In this document: piece by piece, positions 62,065 through 64,000 of the stretch
How the letters are laid out: every line of letters starts with the position of its first letter
Position numbering within the stretch: the stretch's first letter is position 1
Source of the DNA: Squalus acanthias
Lineage: Eukaryota
DNA length: 64,000 nt
Assembly (NCBI GenBank): GCA_030390025.1
Contig: CM059432.1
Coordinates: 4,836,001-4,900,000, forward strand
Direction of reading: 5' to 3'
Position numbers and translations under genes: made by a program
Notes under the pieces: generated by a model
What the model saw: only the letters and a program-made list of their open reading frames with translations
Told to the model about the DNA's origin: nothing
The model's database searches: none

Positions 62065-64000
62065 CATAGATACATAGATACATAGAAGATAGGAGCAGGA
62101 GTAGGCCATCCGGCCCTTCGAGCCTGCTCCACCATTTAATGAGATCATGGCTGATCCTCCAATTCAGTATCCCGTCCCCGCCTTCTCTCCGTAACCCTTA
62201 ACCCCTTTTGCCTGTAGAAATATATCTAATTCCCTCTTAAATATATTTAATGAGCTGGCGTACACTGCCCTCTGTGGCAATGAGTTCCACAGGTTCACCA
62301 CCCTCTGAGTGAAGAAATTCCCCCTCATTTCTGTCCTAAATGGTTTAGCCCTTATCCTTAAATTATGTCCTCTAGTTCTGTTCTCACCCGCCAAGGGAAA
62401 CATTCCTTCTGCATCTAGTCTGTCTAGACCTGTCAGAATTTTATACACTTCTATGAGGTCCCCTCTCAATCTTCTAAACTCCAGTGTGTACATCCCTAAA
62501 CTACATAGTCTCTCCTCATAGGTCAATCCCGCCATTCCTGGTATCAGCCTGGTGAATCGCCGCTGCACCCCCTCCATGGCAAGAATATCTTTCCTCAGAT
62601 GAGGCGACCAAAACTGTACACAGTACTCGAGGTGTGGTCTCACCAGTGCCCTGTACAGCTGCAGCAAGGTATCCCTGTTCCTGTATTCCAACCCTTTTGC
62701 TATGAAGGCCAGCATACCGTTTGCCTTCTTGATCGCCTGTTGCACCTGCATGCTCGCCTTCAGTGACTGGTGTACAAGAACACCCAGGTCTCTCTGTACT
62801 TCCCCCTCTCCCAATTTATTGCCATTTAAATAATAATTTGCCCTCCCGTTCCTGCACCCAAGGTGGATAACTTCGCACTTGTCCACATTATAGTGCATCT
62901 GCCATTTATCCGCCCAATCACCCAGTCTGTCCAAATCGCTCTGGAGCTTCCTGGTCTCCTCCTCTGAGCCCACCCCCCCTCCTAGTTTAGTGTCGTCTGC
63001 AAATTTGGAAATGCTGCATCCGACTCCCTGATCCAGGTCATTAATGTAAATTGTGAACAGCTGGGGACCCAGGACAGATCCCTGTGGTACCCCACTTGTT
63101 ACTGCCTGCCATTCAGAAAATGAGCCGTTTATTCCAACTCTCTGTTTTCTATCTGACAGCCAGTTCTCTATCCACGTCAATACTTTCCCCTTTATCCCAT
63201 GAGCTTCAATTTTCCCTGCTAATCTTTTATGTGGGACCTTATCGAAGGCCTTTTGGAAGTCCAGGTACACCACATCTACTGGCTCTCCCCCATCTATTTT
63301 ACCAGTTACTCCCTCAAAAAATTCCAATAGATTAGTCAAGCACGATTTACCCTTTGTAAATCCATGTTGACTCTGTCCTATCCTGTCCCCATTTGCTAAG
63401 TGCTCCGCTATTTCATCCTTAATGATGGACTCCAGCATTTTGCCCACAACTGATGTAAGGCTTACAGGTCTGTAATTACCTGCTTTTTCCCTACCCCCCT
63501 TTTTGAATAGTGGGGTAACGTTAGCTACCCTCCAATCCATGGGCACTGTTCCCGAGTCTAATGAATTCTGAAAAATCATACTTAGTGCATCCGCTATCTC
63601 TCGGGCCACCTCCTTCAGCACCCTAGGATGCATGTTATCAGGCCCTGGGGATTTGTCCGCCTTCAATCCCTTTAGCTTCCTTAACACCATATCCTTAGAG
63701 ATATTGACTTGCGTCAGTTCCTCCTTTGCAAATGTCCCTATTTTTCCCGATATCCCAGGGAGGTTTTTTGTGTCTTCCTTCGTAAAGACTGACCCAAAGT
63801 ATGCATTTAGTTGGTCTGCCATTTCTTTATTTCCCGTTATATATTCCCCCGTATCTGACTGCAATGGGCCAACTTTGGTTTTCACCAGTCTTTTCCTCTT
63901 GATATACTTATAAAAGCTTTTGGAGTTAGTTTTTATATTTTCCGCCAGCTTGCTTTCGTAAGCTATTTTGCCCCTCTTGATTAAGCCCTTTGTCCTCCTT
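62065..64000 (-). mobile_element. Young CR1 LINE; ORF2 RT region open from the window edge to the stop at 62164
   Basis: More than 600 uninterrupted codons with NYRPVSLTS, GVPQGSVLGP and KFADD motifs. Short tandem tail reading (CATAGATA)n on the plus strand at 62065-62088. Confidence 0.95.

Noticed and set aside
53080..64000. B4GALT6 exons 1-2
   Set aside because: Not recognised in the window; probably beyond 64000.

Overview
Repeat-rich vertebrate genomic DNA, most likely a shark or other cartilaginous fish (inferred from the SINE/LINE families; the species cannot be determined). It holds the conserved desmoglein(+) - transthyretin(+) - B4GALT6(-) block. I reconstructed exons by hand from splice sites and reading phase: four 5' exons of a desmoglein-like cadherin (3921-14848), TTR exons 2-4 (23607-32114) and B4GALT6 exons 3-9 (53079 down to 40106). 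A 397-N gap (15328-15724) separates the cadherin from TTR. The rest of the cadherin and TTR exon 1 were not found. Most supplied ORFs are fragments of CR1/L2-type LINEs, SINEs or tandem repeats. Highlights: (1) two Penelope-like element families whose termini carry minimal hammerhead ribozymes with compensatory stem changes, including a 2.9-kb RT+GIY-YIG copy with a 12-bp TSD and palindromic mini-insertions; (2) a desmoglein that appears to keep a full classical-cadherin/desmocollin-type prodomain; (3) a 1.3-kb inverted duplication inserted into a SINE; (4) a SINE-spacer-inverted-SINE composite present twice; (5) hAT-type MITEs with 8-bp TSDs; (6) a GC-AG intron and a CpG-rich minisatellite in the likely B4GALT6 3' UTR.
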